This document shows, in pieces, positions 1 to 14,224 of a stretch of 64,000 nucleotides of DNA. The notes under the pieces were generated by a model, which saw only the letters and a program-made list of their open reading frames with translations, was not told where the DNA came from and did not search any database. Numbering within the stretch: the first letter of the stretch is position 1; the number at the start of each line of letters is the position of its first letter. The stretch comes from Eledone cirrhosa (lineage: Eukaryota). The DNA lies in NCBI GenBank assembly GCA_964016885.1, contig OZ024742.1, forward strand, positions 201,810,001-201,874,000. Reading direction: 5' to 3'. The translations under genes were made by a program, and so were the position numbers.

Positions 1-107
1 CTGTACGACGTAAATCAGGCAGGTTTGTTTGTTTACAAACGAACAAAGCGAACATTATAATAAATGTTCGGTAAACTGATACGTGCATATATATATATGT
101 GTGCCTG

Positions 108-180
<73 letters not shown>

Positions 181-235
181 GCTACTGTACGTCTGTATAC
201 ATATATGTATGTACGTATACATACATACTTACAAC
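1..235. mobile_element. Internal fragment of non-autonomous Helitron-like repeat (same family as 7725-7985 and 37740-38582)
   Basis: Shares gtttgtttacaaacgaacaaagcg...catgctactgtacgtctgtatacatatatgtatgtacgtatacatacatactta with 7800-7980, and with 37800-37960 in reverse complement. Confidence 0.6.
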
Positions 236-663
236 TAAAACTATACATACACATAAATAGATGCAAACATATACATACATCTACACATGTGCACACAATC
301 ATATACACATATATTTATAGATATATATATTTACATATACACACCTATACACACATGTATATATGTATGTACACACACATATAAACACTCATACACATAT
401 ACTCGTATATACACACATACACACACACACATTTATATATATATATATATATATATTCCCATATCATACATACATAGATACATATTTACTCATGCAATTA
501 CGGGTGGTTGTGTACCTTGTTGCCCTTAGTCATTAACGCATAAATCTAAGGAAGCTAAAACATTAAAAGGTAAGAAATAAGCAAGAATGCGTATAATTAG
601 GGGAAAGGGGTACAAACAAAGGTTACGCTATATAGAATTATAGTGAGTTGTTATTTAGAATAT

Positions 664-3255
664 TTAATTAGGTTTATAGTATTTAAATGTTTTTCGTATA
701 CGATGATTACAAATGCAGGTTATGTTCTCCCCTGAACATAACCTGCATTCTCTCCTGTTCCCAAGATATGGAGTTATTTGTAGAATGGTGTTCCACGATA
801 GCTTGAAATGTATTTTTTTCTTTTTATAGTTATTTACTGCTTTTATAGTTATTTACTGTGGTGTTAGCTAGTTTAGTATTGTTAAAACTACGGGAGTGTG
901 CGTAAAATCTTTTCTTAAATGTGTTTGATGTAGATCCTATATATGTTTTGTTGGAGTCACTAGTAGACACAGGGCATTTATATATTACATTATTAATCAA
1001 ACAGTAGCCATTTAAGGGGCAAATGCTTCTATTTCTGTATACGTAAGATGGTTGGTGGGGGTACCTATACCATTCTCATTAATCCTTGATCTATTCCTAT
1101 TGTAATTAATGTTAGCGGGAGAATGAAGGTTGCTTTGTGGGTGGTTTAGGGCTAGGGTTGTATTATGACTTTGTGTTCTGTTGTTTTTGTGTTGGTGATT
1201 TGGGTGGTTGTGTTTTCCAGGTTGAAGGATTGTATTATTTGTCCTTTTAAAAGGTGCAGTCCTATTTAAATTATGTTGTGGTGGTGTGGTCATATTATTT
1301 TTAAATATATAAATGTCGTAGTTGCTTATTTTTTTGCTGCAGATTGTTTGATGTAGAGTATGAGAATTTAACAGTATATCTGTTAAATAGTTGATGGTAT
1401 CTGTGGTTTGGTGGAAAATGTTTATGTAGAACTTCGAAAAATGTTTGGGGGATTTGTCCAATAGTTTGCAGGTTGAAGGGTGCGTTGTACCATGTTATGT
1501 TTCTTTTGCAGTTTTTAGTTATGTTCTTATTACCACTTATATTATTGTGTTGTGTTGTGTTGTGCCCTAGAAGAGTTCCTATGTTTAGTATTCGTATTTG
1601 TGGAATTTGGTAAACTACCATGGTTGTATTTGGTTTTATTATTGGGTAGATTATGAGATTTTCAATGCTTCGTATTCATATGTGAGTTGATAATATTGGT
1701 CATAGATCGTGTAGTAATAGTTGTTGTGGTTTTTCGGTTGTTTGGTTTAATAGGAATAACGCCTTTAGGTATTTGTTTCAATGGTATTTTTTGGTGTTTG
1801 TAGTTTTTGTTAGGTTTTATATTTTGGTCCATAGTGTTGGCGATATATGAGATGTTTTCTTTATATCCACTTCTAGTTAAAGCCTCGTTGTAGAAGGGTG
1901 CATTATTATAAAATATATCTTCATTGGAAGATAATTTAGAAAGTCTAAGAGATTTGTTATATACTAAGTTTTTCAGTATAGAGCCATGGTGGTTAGAGCG
2001 TGAATGTACATAGTGTAGATTCTGGTTGGTTTTGTGGTAAGGTTGATAAATATACGTCTCAGGTAACGTCAAGCAAATTAGCTACTTTTGAAGTGTTTTC
2101 AAAGGTGATGTTAAGGTTGTAGTAGTCCATGCGTATTTTCTAATTTGTTTTTTGTTTTTCTCTATATTGGAATTGCTAAGATTGTTAGATAACAATAGAC
2201 AATCATCCCGATAAAGACCACCTTTGAGGTAGGGAAAAGAGGAATGAATATTATAGAGGAGAAATAGTCCAACGAGGTCTGTAACTTGAGCAGAGTTCAT
2301 GGATCCCATCGTAATATCGAATAAGTTGTTATATGTGTTTCTTGTCCAGTGTTCTTCTTGGAAGTTTAGTAAGGTTTTTCTAGCGTGAGTTATGATGTTG
2401 ATTTCCTCAGTAGATAAATCCGATCTATTTCTGGCGAAGATCAGTGCTTTGTTTAAAAGAATTGGAGAAATCGAAGAATAGTAAGAATCGATGTCGAATT
2501 GAATGAATGAAGCTGAGTTTTTATTCTTGATGCTAGTGAACCATTCAATAACTTCGGAAGTGTTATTCCATAACGGAAGTGTTACAAATTTTCTAATTTG
2601 TGGAAAGATTCGATCATTTTCGATCATTTTCTTGCTGATATTACCGATATCAGATTTTGATGGGCATATCAGTCTAATAGATGGGTTCGAATTAAAGTCC
2701 GATTAATGGTCTTTCAGGTTGAAGTGCAGGCTTTTAGGCATGAAAGGCTCAGTCCTATCTTCAATATGGAGTTCTTTTTAATATATCACATGATATGTTG
2801 TTCAAGGATGTCAGTGTGGTGGTATTTGCTTTCTTATAGTTTTTTCTAAGTGCTTTATATATGAACTGGTTATATTTATCGATATCCATATGGTACAGAT
2901 TACCAGTTTAGTCAGAATGGACATGGACCTTGTTTGAATTTTTCAGTTGTAGAAGGGTAGAGTCTAATCCCTTTTGGAATTCAGATTTGTGTTTTCTGAA
3001 CTTTATGTTTTTAATCATGTTCAGTAGGGTGCCTTCGACATTTTCAAGTTGAATATTATGACGAGGATTTTTGTATGTTTTAAATTCATAGCGGTACTTC
3101 ATTTAGTTTGTATTGGTTTTGTTGTCAAAATGATAGGCCTTCCATCGCATTCTCCTAATAAATTGGTTAGTTGTTTGTATGAGCAAGAGTAGATATTCAT
3201 CTTTAGGTGGAATTGGAATATTCTTCAACGAGGTACCCAAATATTGTTTTTCCAT
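664..3255 (-). pseudogene. Naiad-type PLE reverse transcriptase + GIY-YIG endonuclease, frameshifted
   Basis: Starts MEKQYLGTSLKNIPIP...FIRRMRWKAYHF. RT motifs: FIQFDIDSYYSSI, FDITMGS..AQVTDLVGLFLL, GLYRDD. Then RNITWYNAPF, FPPNHRYHQLFNRYTVKFSYS, CPLNG.CL..NVIY, YIGST..FKKRFYAH. Multiple stops and frameshifts. Confidence 0.9.
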
Positions 3256-3391
3256 TGTGATGCAGCAAACAGATGAAAAAAGAGCTCAATTAAATATCAT
3301 AATCGATTATGAAAAAATTTATTGAAGGCGCAAAATGCACAGAGATATCCACAGTAAGTTGTGGGGTCTAGTCTGCATGAAGAATACTAAC

Positions 3392-4308
3392 CAAATACGA
3401 ATACTAACCATAGGAATTCTCCTAGAACATAACTCAACACAACACAATAATATAAGTGGTAATAAGAACTTAACTAAAAACCGCAAAAGAAACATAACAT
3501 GGTATTGGACAAATCACCCCAAAATTCTTCGAAATTCTACTTAAAAATTTTCCACCAAACCACAGATACCATCAAATCAAACAATCTCCAGCAAAAAATA
3601 AGCAACTACGACATTTATAAATTTAAAAATAATATGACCACACCACCACAACATAATTTAAATAGGACTGCACCTTTTAAAAGGAGAAATAATACAATTC
3701 TTCAACCTGGGAAACACAACCACCCAAATCACCAACACAAAAACAACAGAACACAAAGTCATAATACAACCCTAGCACTAAACCACTCTCAAAGCAACCT
3801 TCATTCTCCCGCTAACATTAATTACAATAGGAAGAGCTCAAGTATTAATGAGAATGGTATAGGTACCCCCAACAACCATCTTACGTATGCAGAAATAGAA
3901 GCATTTGCCCCTTAAATGGCAACTGTTTGATTAATAATGTAATATATAAATGCACTGTGTCTACTAGTGACTCCAACAAAACATATATAGGATCTACATC
4001 AAACACATTTAAGAAAAGATTTTACGCACACTCTCGTAGTTTTAACAATACTAAACTAGCTAACACCACATCTTTAACTGAAGCAGTAAATAACTATAAA
4101 AAGAAAAAAAATAGATTTCCAGCTATCGTGGAACACGATTCTACAAAGAACTCCATATCTTGGGAACAGGAGAGAATGCAGGTTATGTTCAGGGGAGATC
4201 TTGGAAATTACTAAATCTAAGGACGATTTATTGAATAAAAGACAGGAACTGATCATAGTTTGTAATCATCGTATACGAAAAACATTTAAATATAATAAAC
4301 CTAATTAA
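3392..4308 (+). pseudogene. 5'-truncated second copy of the Naiad C-terminus (GIY-YIG)
   Basis: ORF 3927-4214 has NVIYKCTV..YIGSTSNTFKKRFYAH. A shifted frame gives CRLCSGEILEI..LLNKRQELIIVCNHR. Confidence 0.85.
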
Positions 4309-4523
4309 ATATTCTAAATAACAACTCACTCTAATTCTATATAACGTAACATTTGTTTGTATCCCTTTCCCCTAATTATACGCATTCATGCTTATTTCTT
4401 ACCTTTTAATGTTTTAGCCTCCTTAGATTTATGCGTTAATGACTAAGGGCAACAAGGTACACAACCACCCGTAATTGCATGAGTAAATATGTATCTATGT
4501 ATGTATGATATGGGAATATATAA

Positions 4524-4605
<82 letters not shown>

Positions 4606-5020
4606 GTGTATGTGTGTATATGCGAGTATATGTGTATGAGTGTTTATATGTGTGTGTGTACATATATGTGTGTGTGCATACATATATATATATGTATGGA
4701 TAGGTGTGTATATGTAAATATATATATATATAAATATATGTGTATATGATTGTGTGCACATGTGTAGATGTATGTATATGTTTGCATCTATTTATGTGTA
4801 TGTATATTTTTTATTGAGTATCAATATAACTATACTTCTATCTATAATGTGGGTATATGCACTTTGTGATCTATGAAAATTATGCGTTTTGACTATGTCA
4901 ACATGTATTTATCTGAATTTGATTATTTATATATAGACATACTTGAAAGTATTTTAAGGCGTATCATACGCTGTATAATACGAAGTACAATTTACCACAC
5001 CGTACTATATTGTGTTACAT

Positions 5021-5346
5021 TGGTGGATTGACAGTATCGGTAGAGGGTCGGACGCTATGCTTTCCAGCATAGTTACGTCCCTTTACGATCTGAGTTCAAA
5101 TCCCGCCGCGGTTGACTTTGCCTTTCATCCTTACGTGGTCGATAAAATAAAGTACCAGTAATGCACTGGGTAATTGCTGGCCTTGTGCCTAAAGTAGAAA
5201 CAATTATATTATATTATTGTATTACTGTATTTCATTAAATCCCGCCGAGGTTAACTTTGCCTTTCATCCTTATGGGGTCGATAAAATAAAGTACCAGTAA
5301 TGTACTGGATAATTGCTGGCCTTGTGCCAAAAGTAGAAACAATTAT
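5021..5346 (+). mobile_element. tRNA-derived SINE, one full copy (5021-5206) plus one 5'-truncated copy (5237-5346), inserted in the PLE 3' region
   Basis: A-box-like tgacagtatcgg, B-box gagttcaaatccc, body ttgcctttcatccttac..gtcgataaaataaagtaccag, tail agtagaaacaatta(tt)n. Many further copies in the window. Confidence 0.85.
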
Positions 5347-6033
5347 CTTATTATAATTTTCATCTTTTAATATACTATCTTTCCTAGCCATGACCTTAAT
5401 TTATATTCACCTAAAAACTCCACATAATACAACTCAACATTTAATTTTTACATTCCTTTTAAACTTCACTATACCATATACATTCAACTATCAATTTGAC
5501 AATCCCTTTCTTCCTAATACATTTTTTATGGCAATTCTGTTATTAACACCATTCAACCATCCCTTTCAAAGGGTCATGACCTCAACTAAAGTGAATTATT
5601 TTTCATCTTAACATCATATGGAAAAAAACAATCTAATTGGTTAGTTCTTCAACTACCTCCAAACAAAGTCATAGAACTAAACATAATACTAATTTACTAC
5701 TAATTTTGAATAAAATTATTATTGCTTTTAACAACAGCTGGTGATATGCATGTAAGTAAATATTCTCTTTATCTGATATTTTGTAACTAACCTTACATAG
5801 ATCGATATCGAAGTATAATTACGATGTATTATCATCACCTAGAAACGATCGTAAAGCAGTGATATATATTTCTAATGACTTGATTTTTTTATTTCATTAT
5901 TTTAACTTATATCATGACTCTGTTTTTCTTTTAATATTTTATTGTTTTCCGCGATTTATTTTAACCTGTAACATTTTCAACATATGGATTACATTGAGTT
6001 CTTCATGCAGACTAGACCCCACAACCCTACCGT

Positions 6034-6604
<571 letters not shown>

Positions 6605-6769
6605 TATATATATAAATATATATACACACCTTACTCAACAAGAGAAACACGGATAATTCATTAACAGAAAGAAAGATAATCACTGAATTTATACAAAAAG
6701 CATAAGACAATCCCACATGGTTAGAGTGCTTTTTTTGTGGAGCGAGAGACTCCTAGACTCCATTAAGAC

Positions 6770-7082
6770 ATCTATCTAGGAGAAGCCCACTTTCTATTTA
6801 AAACCTGCCACTTTGTTTACATCCAATGGTGTAGAGGGATTGGCCCCATGCAAAGTCTTTCCTCACTTAAAAAGGCTTCAAGCAGAGTCATTGTTATGCG
6901 ATATTTTTTGCAATGCATCGTATTGCTGGCCATGCGCAAGTCTCTAGCAGGACTAAAATGTCACGGCCGTGATGCGCATGCTTAAGTATCAAGAGTTGGC
7001 ACTCTCGAAATTGAGTTGCAGCCATCATATGTATGTATATGTGTTCTTCAAGTTATATAATTTTATAAACTTTTAACAATAG
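6770..7082. mobile_element. Degenerate ~600-bp repeat end joined by (TATG) to a Dong-type 3' terminus
   Basis: ctaggagaag...gagttgcagccatcat-atgtatgt-gttcttc..ataattt mirrors the junction at 55060-55140. Confidence 0.5.
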
Positions 7083-7115
7083 ATACACACACACACACAT
7101 ACACAGAGAGAGAGA

Positions 7116-7214
<99 letters not shown>

Positions 7215-7357
7215 ACACACACACACAAACACACACACTTACAAACACACACATTCCAAGAGATATCAACATGAATGGATCTATTATTTTTATTTAAAGA
7301 CATTTTTTTTCAATTCCAACCCGCCCATCCCTTCAATCTATCTTATTTCTCATTCTT

Positions 7358-7393
7358 TTTTCTGATGAAGGACTTGCGTCAGAAATGTTAAGA
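7358..7393 (+). ncRNA. Degenerate minimal hammerhead motif (PLE 3' remnant)
   Basis: tttt CTGATGA ag-gac-ttgc-gtc-a GAAA tg TT aaga. Confidence 0.5.
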
Positions 7394-7686
7394 CCCTCTT
7401 CCTGCTATATCAAGCGTTAACCTAATATATCCCTTCCACGAACTGTACCGATTGTGTTGTTATTTCTGTTTACATTTTACACATACATATATACATATAT
7501 ACATATATATATATATAAATAGTTAAAATCTTGATGGGAACAAAAACAGAGAGGCAGTACAAATAAGGGTTTATTAGGTTCACGCTTGTAAGAGAGGGGA
7601 GGGGGTTAAGGATCGACATATCGGATATATATATATACATAAATACATATATATATATACACACATATATATATATTTATAAATAT

Positions 7687-7724
<38 letters not shown>

Positions 7725-7725
<1 letters not shown>

Positions 7726-7890
7726 AGTTGAAAAAAATGAAAACGAAATTTCATTTCTCACTCTTAGTATGGCACTTACTTAACACCGTATGGCATAAAT
7801 TCAGGCTGTTCAGTTTGTTTACAAACGAACAAAGCGGCGTTATAATAAGCGTCCGCTAAACTGTGGCGTGCATATATGTATGTGTACCTG

Positions 7891-7926
<36 letters not shown>

Positions 7927-7979
7927 TGCTACTGTACGTCTGTATACATATATGTATGTACGTATACATACATACTTAC

Positions 7980-7985
<6 letters not shown>
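7725..7985 (+). mobile_element. Helitron-like 5' fragment
   Basis: gaaaaaaatgaaaacgaaatttcatttctcactc matches the start of 37751, whose element ends in hairpin+CTAG. Confidence 0.6.
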
Positions 7986-8044
<59 letters not shown>

Positions 8045-8261
8045 CATACACACTCACACACACACATATATATATGTATATGCGCATACACACACTGATA
8101 CATGTAGCGACACAACACACCGATAACCACACATCCCTTCCAAACACCCATACAAACATGCACAAGTTCGTTTAAAAGGACTCACACGTGTGTGAATAAC
8201 AGTGTATATATATATATATGTATATGTGTGTGTGTGGGTGTGTGTGTGTGTGTGTGTGTAT

Positions 8262-8620
8262 GAGTATTCAAGCTCATTTCTTGAATTTAGGCAATCGCTA
8301 TTGTGTAATCTCCTTAGAATATTTATCCTTTCTTCAATACACAGTCCACAAGACGGATTTCCCCTTGCATATGGCTTGGACCTAGTGATAACTTTCCATT
8401 GGATGGAGTAGTCTACACTTGAGTCTTTGAGGGACCATACGTGGCTTGTGAGTTTCGTGGACGATCGTTCGTCCGGGTATCAAAAGGTTGACTAATGGTT
8501 CAGGAAGCGTTCCTTAAACCGGCCCTCCGCCATACCTACATAGGATTTAACCTCTTGTTGTTGATTTGGTCGGTTGGAAATGACCACAGCTTCATAAACT
8601 ACACCGAGTTCTCTCCTAAT
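8262..8620 (-). pseudogene. GIY-YIG endonuclease fragment of a second Naiad-type PLE
   Basis: VVYEAVV...SYVGMAEGRFKERFLNH, followed by LTSHVWSLKD..YSIQWKVI..CGLCIEERINI..CLNSRNEL. Confidence 0.75.
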
Positions 8621-9054
8621 AGCAGAGAAGGATGGGCAGAGAAATGAACATGTATGTGAAATTCTCTGAATGAACATGTATGTGAAATTTACTTTTCTTC
8701 CCTTTTTTATTTTTATTATTATTACTTACGGGGTCGATGAAATAAAATACCAGTAATGTACTGGGTATTTACTGGCCTTGTGCTAAAAATTGAAACAATT
8801 ATTATTACTATCACTATTTGTACAAATATGCAACTTAACATTATTCTGCATATCCGCAATTGACAGTGCATTTAATGCTGAAAACCGATACTGTAAATAA
8901 ATTAATGTTTTGATATTTCACTGAAAAAATCTCTTCAACATTTTCTACAGAAAAAATCTTTTTCCTTTCTACTATTTGTTTATATATATATATATATATA
9001 TAAACTCGTGTGTTACTTTTCTACATTTTATATATCCATATATATATATCCATA

Positions 9055-9117
<63 letters not shown>

Positions 9118-9119
<2 letters not shown>

Positions 9120-9272
9120 CGAAGGAAATGTGGTAAGGAACCAGGTGGACCATAACGCGCCAAAGTACTCAATACTTAGGGTAGTAGAGTGGGTAATAGG
9201 AACCAGTAAGACCCCGACGGGTGAGCTCAAGCCGTTTCGACGGCTAATGCAGCCGTCGGGGTCTTACTGGTT

Positions 9273-9277
<5 letters not shown>
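9118..9277 (-). mobile_element. Fold-back micro-element (hairpin 9197-9277 + tail 9118-9196), family shared with 18613-18754
   Basis: taggaaccagtaagaccccgacgg...ccgtcggggtcttactggttccta. The loop holds only a possible HHR 3' half (gacggct-gcatt-agccgtc GAAA cggc TT gagct). Flanked by (TA)n. Confidence 0.75.
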
Positions 9278-9314
<37 letters not shown>

Positions 9315-9318
<4 letters not shown>

Positions 9319-9787
9319 CAATAATAATAAGTTCAAATCTCAGGCGATCATTTACAATGAAATAGCTCGAAGAGAGAGTATTTCTGAGCCGTGTAATATA
9401 GGTTAATATAAATCAATATATTTGATAAACACAAATATCCTCATATTTATGTTTGTATTGTAAATGACCAAGTTAGCTAGATAGAAATATACTAATAATA
9501 ATATTACAGTTTGCCTATCATGACTTAAGATAATACATCATAAATCATTTTAAATGGATTTTAAGGTTTAAACCTGTCTACGGAACAGGTTTGATTTTGA
9601 AATTTAAATTTGACCAAGCACTACGGCCATTGCCAATACAATTTGTTTTTGTTGATTTATGATGTATTATCTTAAGTCATGATAGGCAAACTGTAATATT
9701 ATTATTAGTATATTTCTATCTAGCTAACTTGGTCATTTACAATACAAACATAAATATGAGGATATTTGTGTTTATCAAATATATTGA

Positions 9788-9789
<2 letters not shown>
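9315..9789. mobile_element. Fold-back element: ~137-bp inverted arms (9411-9547 / 9653-9789), 105-bp spacer, left tail 9315-9410
   Basis: Arms are apparently exact reverse complements; (TA)n on both sides; no canonical HHR core found. Confidence 0.8.
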
Positions 9790-11180
<1,391 letters not shown>

Positions 11181-11185
11181 ATTTC

Positions 11186-11259
<74 letters not shown>

Positions 11260-11660
11260 CATATATATATATAAGATAAAACACTATTAAATTGGTTTCG
11301 GACGTTACTGAGATGACATAATAGGTTTCATTAATTTCGTGGAATTGTGGTGAGACGTGTACTAGTATTGGCGATGATGATAGTGTAAGTGTAAGTGTTA
11401 TTGGTAGGGATGGTAATTTCAATGGTAGCATAGTATTACGTTTCAATATGTATATTTTTTATGTGTTTTTATTAAATATTCAGTGTGTTTCTTATTGATA
11501 TATTTATCACTTAATTGTAAGTTTAACTTAGTTTTACGCACCCCCACACACCCAGACACAGAATATAATATGATTAGTGTTGTTTGACCATAAGCTGTCA
11601 GTAACAAATACACACACACATTTATCTGTCTTCTGCATTTCTCTCTATTTCTCTCTTTCT

Positions 11661-11742
<82 letters not shown>

Positions 11743-11744
11743 TC

Positions 11745-14073
11745 TCTCCTACCTTCTCTTCGCCAAAACCCGGCACTCCAGCCACATCCATTTCCTCAGC
11801 CACTGCCTCCGCCTCCACCTTATCCCCCTCGGCTTCCGTCTACACTTCCACCCTTCCCCCGCCGCTTCCCCCTCCACGCAACGTATCCTCACCCGATCCT
11901 CACGCCTCCTGATGCGCAACTCCATCCGCGCCTCCCGTTCCACCCTCCGCCAACTTGACCACCAACTGACCGCCACCCTCCTCCGCTTAAACTCCACGCG
12001 CACGCAATCTCCGCACCCTCCTCGTCCACAGCTCCCTAATCCCCAACCCACGCTCTGTTCCCCCCCCCCCGGTTCCTTTCCCTGTTCTAGGCCCCGCTGC
12101 AACCCTTGTCCCCACATCACCAACACCACCACCTACCAGGGTCCCAACGGCCACTCTCTCTCTGTCCGGCATGCCTTCCGCTGCACCTCCTCCAACCTAG
12201 TCTACGGACTTATGTCGGACAGACGGGACGTCGCCTGGCGGACCGATTCACGGAGCACCTCCGGGATATTCCTCTCGGGGGTAGTTCCCCCATCGCCCCC
12301 CACTTTGGTGGCCCTGGACATTCCGCACGCCATCTCACAGTCTGTGGCCTACTCCAGTGCCACGGAACACCCGCCGATCGCCTTAGGGTCGAACAACGAA
12401 CTATCTTCATCTTACAGACCCACGCTCCCCCCGGCCTGAAATCCCCACCGTTATTCCTTTAGCCTTCGACCGCCCCCTCCCCCACACTTATCCCCACTAA
12501 CACCACTAACACACCCCTCCTTTTCACCGCCCACCCCACAACTAACAATACTAACACCTCCACTCCACCCCTCATCTGACCACCCTTCCCCAACTATCAT
12601 AGTAACATCCCTCCTTTCTTCTCCTCCTCCCCCTCCTTATCACACGCACACACCCACCGGCACATATATACACGGGCTCACACTAAACACACACCCTACC
12701 ACCACCACTAACCCTCACCCCCACACCTCTCACTCCTACACCTCCACCCCACCACCCCGCAACTAACCCCACTAACACCCCCTAACCCCAAGCACACGAA
12801 CACACGCACCCACTTACACCACCCACCCCACACGCAACTAACATCACTAACACCCCCCAACCCCACTCACACGTTTCACACACCCTCGTACACCACCAAC
12901 TCTACACACCCTACCACCACTTACCCCCACTCACACCTGCATTCAACCCCTCCCCACCTCCCTTATACTAACACCCACTAACACCCCTTCATCATATTAC
13001 ACACACACCAGTACAGCACACTCCCTCCATAGAACCACACACACCCTTCTCTCCCCGCTCCACCCACACCCTCGCTCCATACTCACTCATCCCACTAACA
13101 CCTCTACTAATACACACACACACACACCCTCCTCACTCCAACTTTCACACCTACCAATCCTCTCCCCTTTACCATTCCACCGACTACTGCTATGCCCTCT
13201 GACCACCTCCCAGCACAAACAGACACACAGCACTCCCACTGCTTGACCACTTCCTGTTGCGCGCGCACCCCACATCTCTCCTCTTCCGACCATCGCTTCA
13301 TGGAATACCCGCACGCAGAAATTGACCAACCCAGAATCCACTAAACACCTTTGGAATTTACCTACTTTCAACCATCCTCTTACGTAATCACATATATAAC
13401 TCACCCACACACACACCCCAAATATTTTTTTTCTCCACACGCCACCTACACCCACAACACGCTTAAACCCCACACACACGTGCTTTCCACCACATATTTA
13501 CACCCTCAGGCCCCTGATTCCTCTCCCCTCACCCCTCTATCCACACACGTACAGACACTCCGACCCCCCCCCCCCACACACACACCTCTTCCTGAACATG
13601 CAACCCCGTTCTTCCCCCAACCCTTACTTTCACATACACACACACGCACACCTACACACACACACCACCTTCAGCCCTCCCCGCTCGGACACCCGTCTCC
13701 CTCTCCCACTCCACCTGCCACCACCCCTACACACCCCACACCCTTCCACCACCTGTTTTACCCCCCTTTTAATTTCAGTTTATTTTGATCATGCTTTTAT
13801 ATTTAAATTTATTTCCTTCCTTGTATTTTGATCATGCTTTATTTTTATTTTTATCTTTATTTTTTATTTTTTCATTCGCACCGTTTCCTTTCGCTATATG
13901 TCTCTCCACCACTCCCCTACACACCATTTGAACTCTGTTCCCACACACTTCTCACCCGAGGAAGGGCTTATGCCCGAAACGTCGTCCCCCACCAACACCC
14001 CACTCTCCAGAGCGGGAAATTAATAAACATTCGTTGTACTGCCTCTCTGCTTTGTCCCTGTTCAAATTTTTCC

Positions 14074-14075
<2 letters not shown>
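11745..14075 (+). mobile_element. Neptune-type Penelope-like element, internally deleted (no RT), long C/A-rich 3' region, HHR
   Basis: N-terminal motif HSSHIHFLSHCLRLHLIPLGFRLHF. Linker PCSRPRCNPCPHI..FRCTSSNLVY. GIY-YIG YVGQTGRRLADRFTEHLRDI..HF..RLRVEQRTIFILQTHAPPGL. Confidence 0.85.
13954..13985 (+). ncRNA. Minimal hammerhead motif, U4C core variant
   Basis: ac CCGAGGA a-gggc-ttat-gccc GAAA cg TC gt, at the 3' end of the Neptune-type element. Confidence 0.7.
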
Positions 14076-14137
<62 letters not shown>

Positions 14138-14224
14138 TATACATACACACATGTATATATCTATCTATATATATATATATATATATACATATATATATAC
14201 ATATAATTAATTGCATATATATAT

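Larger units (their letters stand above)
237..6039. mobile_element. Penelope-like element, Naiad-type, inverted (head-to-head) configuration, degenerate
   Basis: 237-1600 is the reverse complement of ~3392-4810. There is an RT+GIY-YIG pseudo-ORF on minus, a second GIY-YIG copy plus long 3' region on plus, and a tail at 5999-6039 that matches the sequence upstream of the ATG (3345-3384, reverse complement). Confidence 0.9.

Noticed and set aside
664-4308. Selenocysteine recoding, as reported for some Naiad PLEs
   Set aside because: The conserved Cys positions I could read (CPLNGNC, CRLC, CNH) use TGC/TGT; the interruptions look like ordinary decay.
4938-4990. HHR-like stem (cttgaaa gtatt..aatac gaagtac)
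   Set aside because: Core boxes are incomplete and there is no stem I; similarly weak hits near 30370 and 53260 were also dropped.
5021-5110. tRNA gene
   Set aside because: The A/B boxes belong to a SINE head; no cloverleaf, and the SINE body follows.
12460-13780. C/A-rich tract with ctaac motifs resembling telomeric repeats
   Set aside because: Not a regular repeat; it lies between the GIY-YIG and the HHR, so it is the PLE 3' region.
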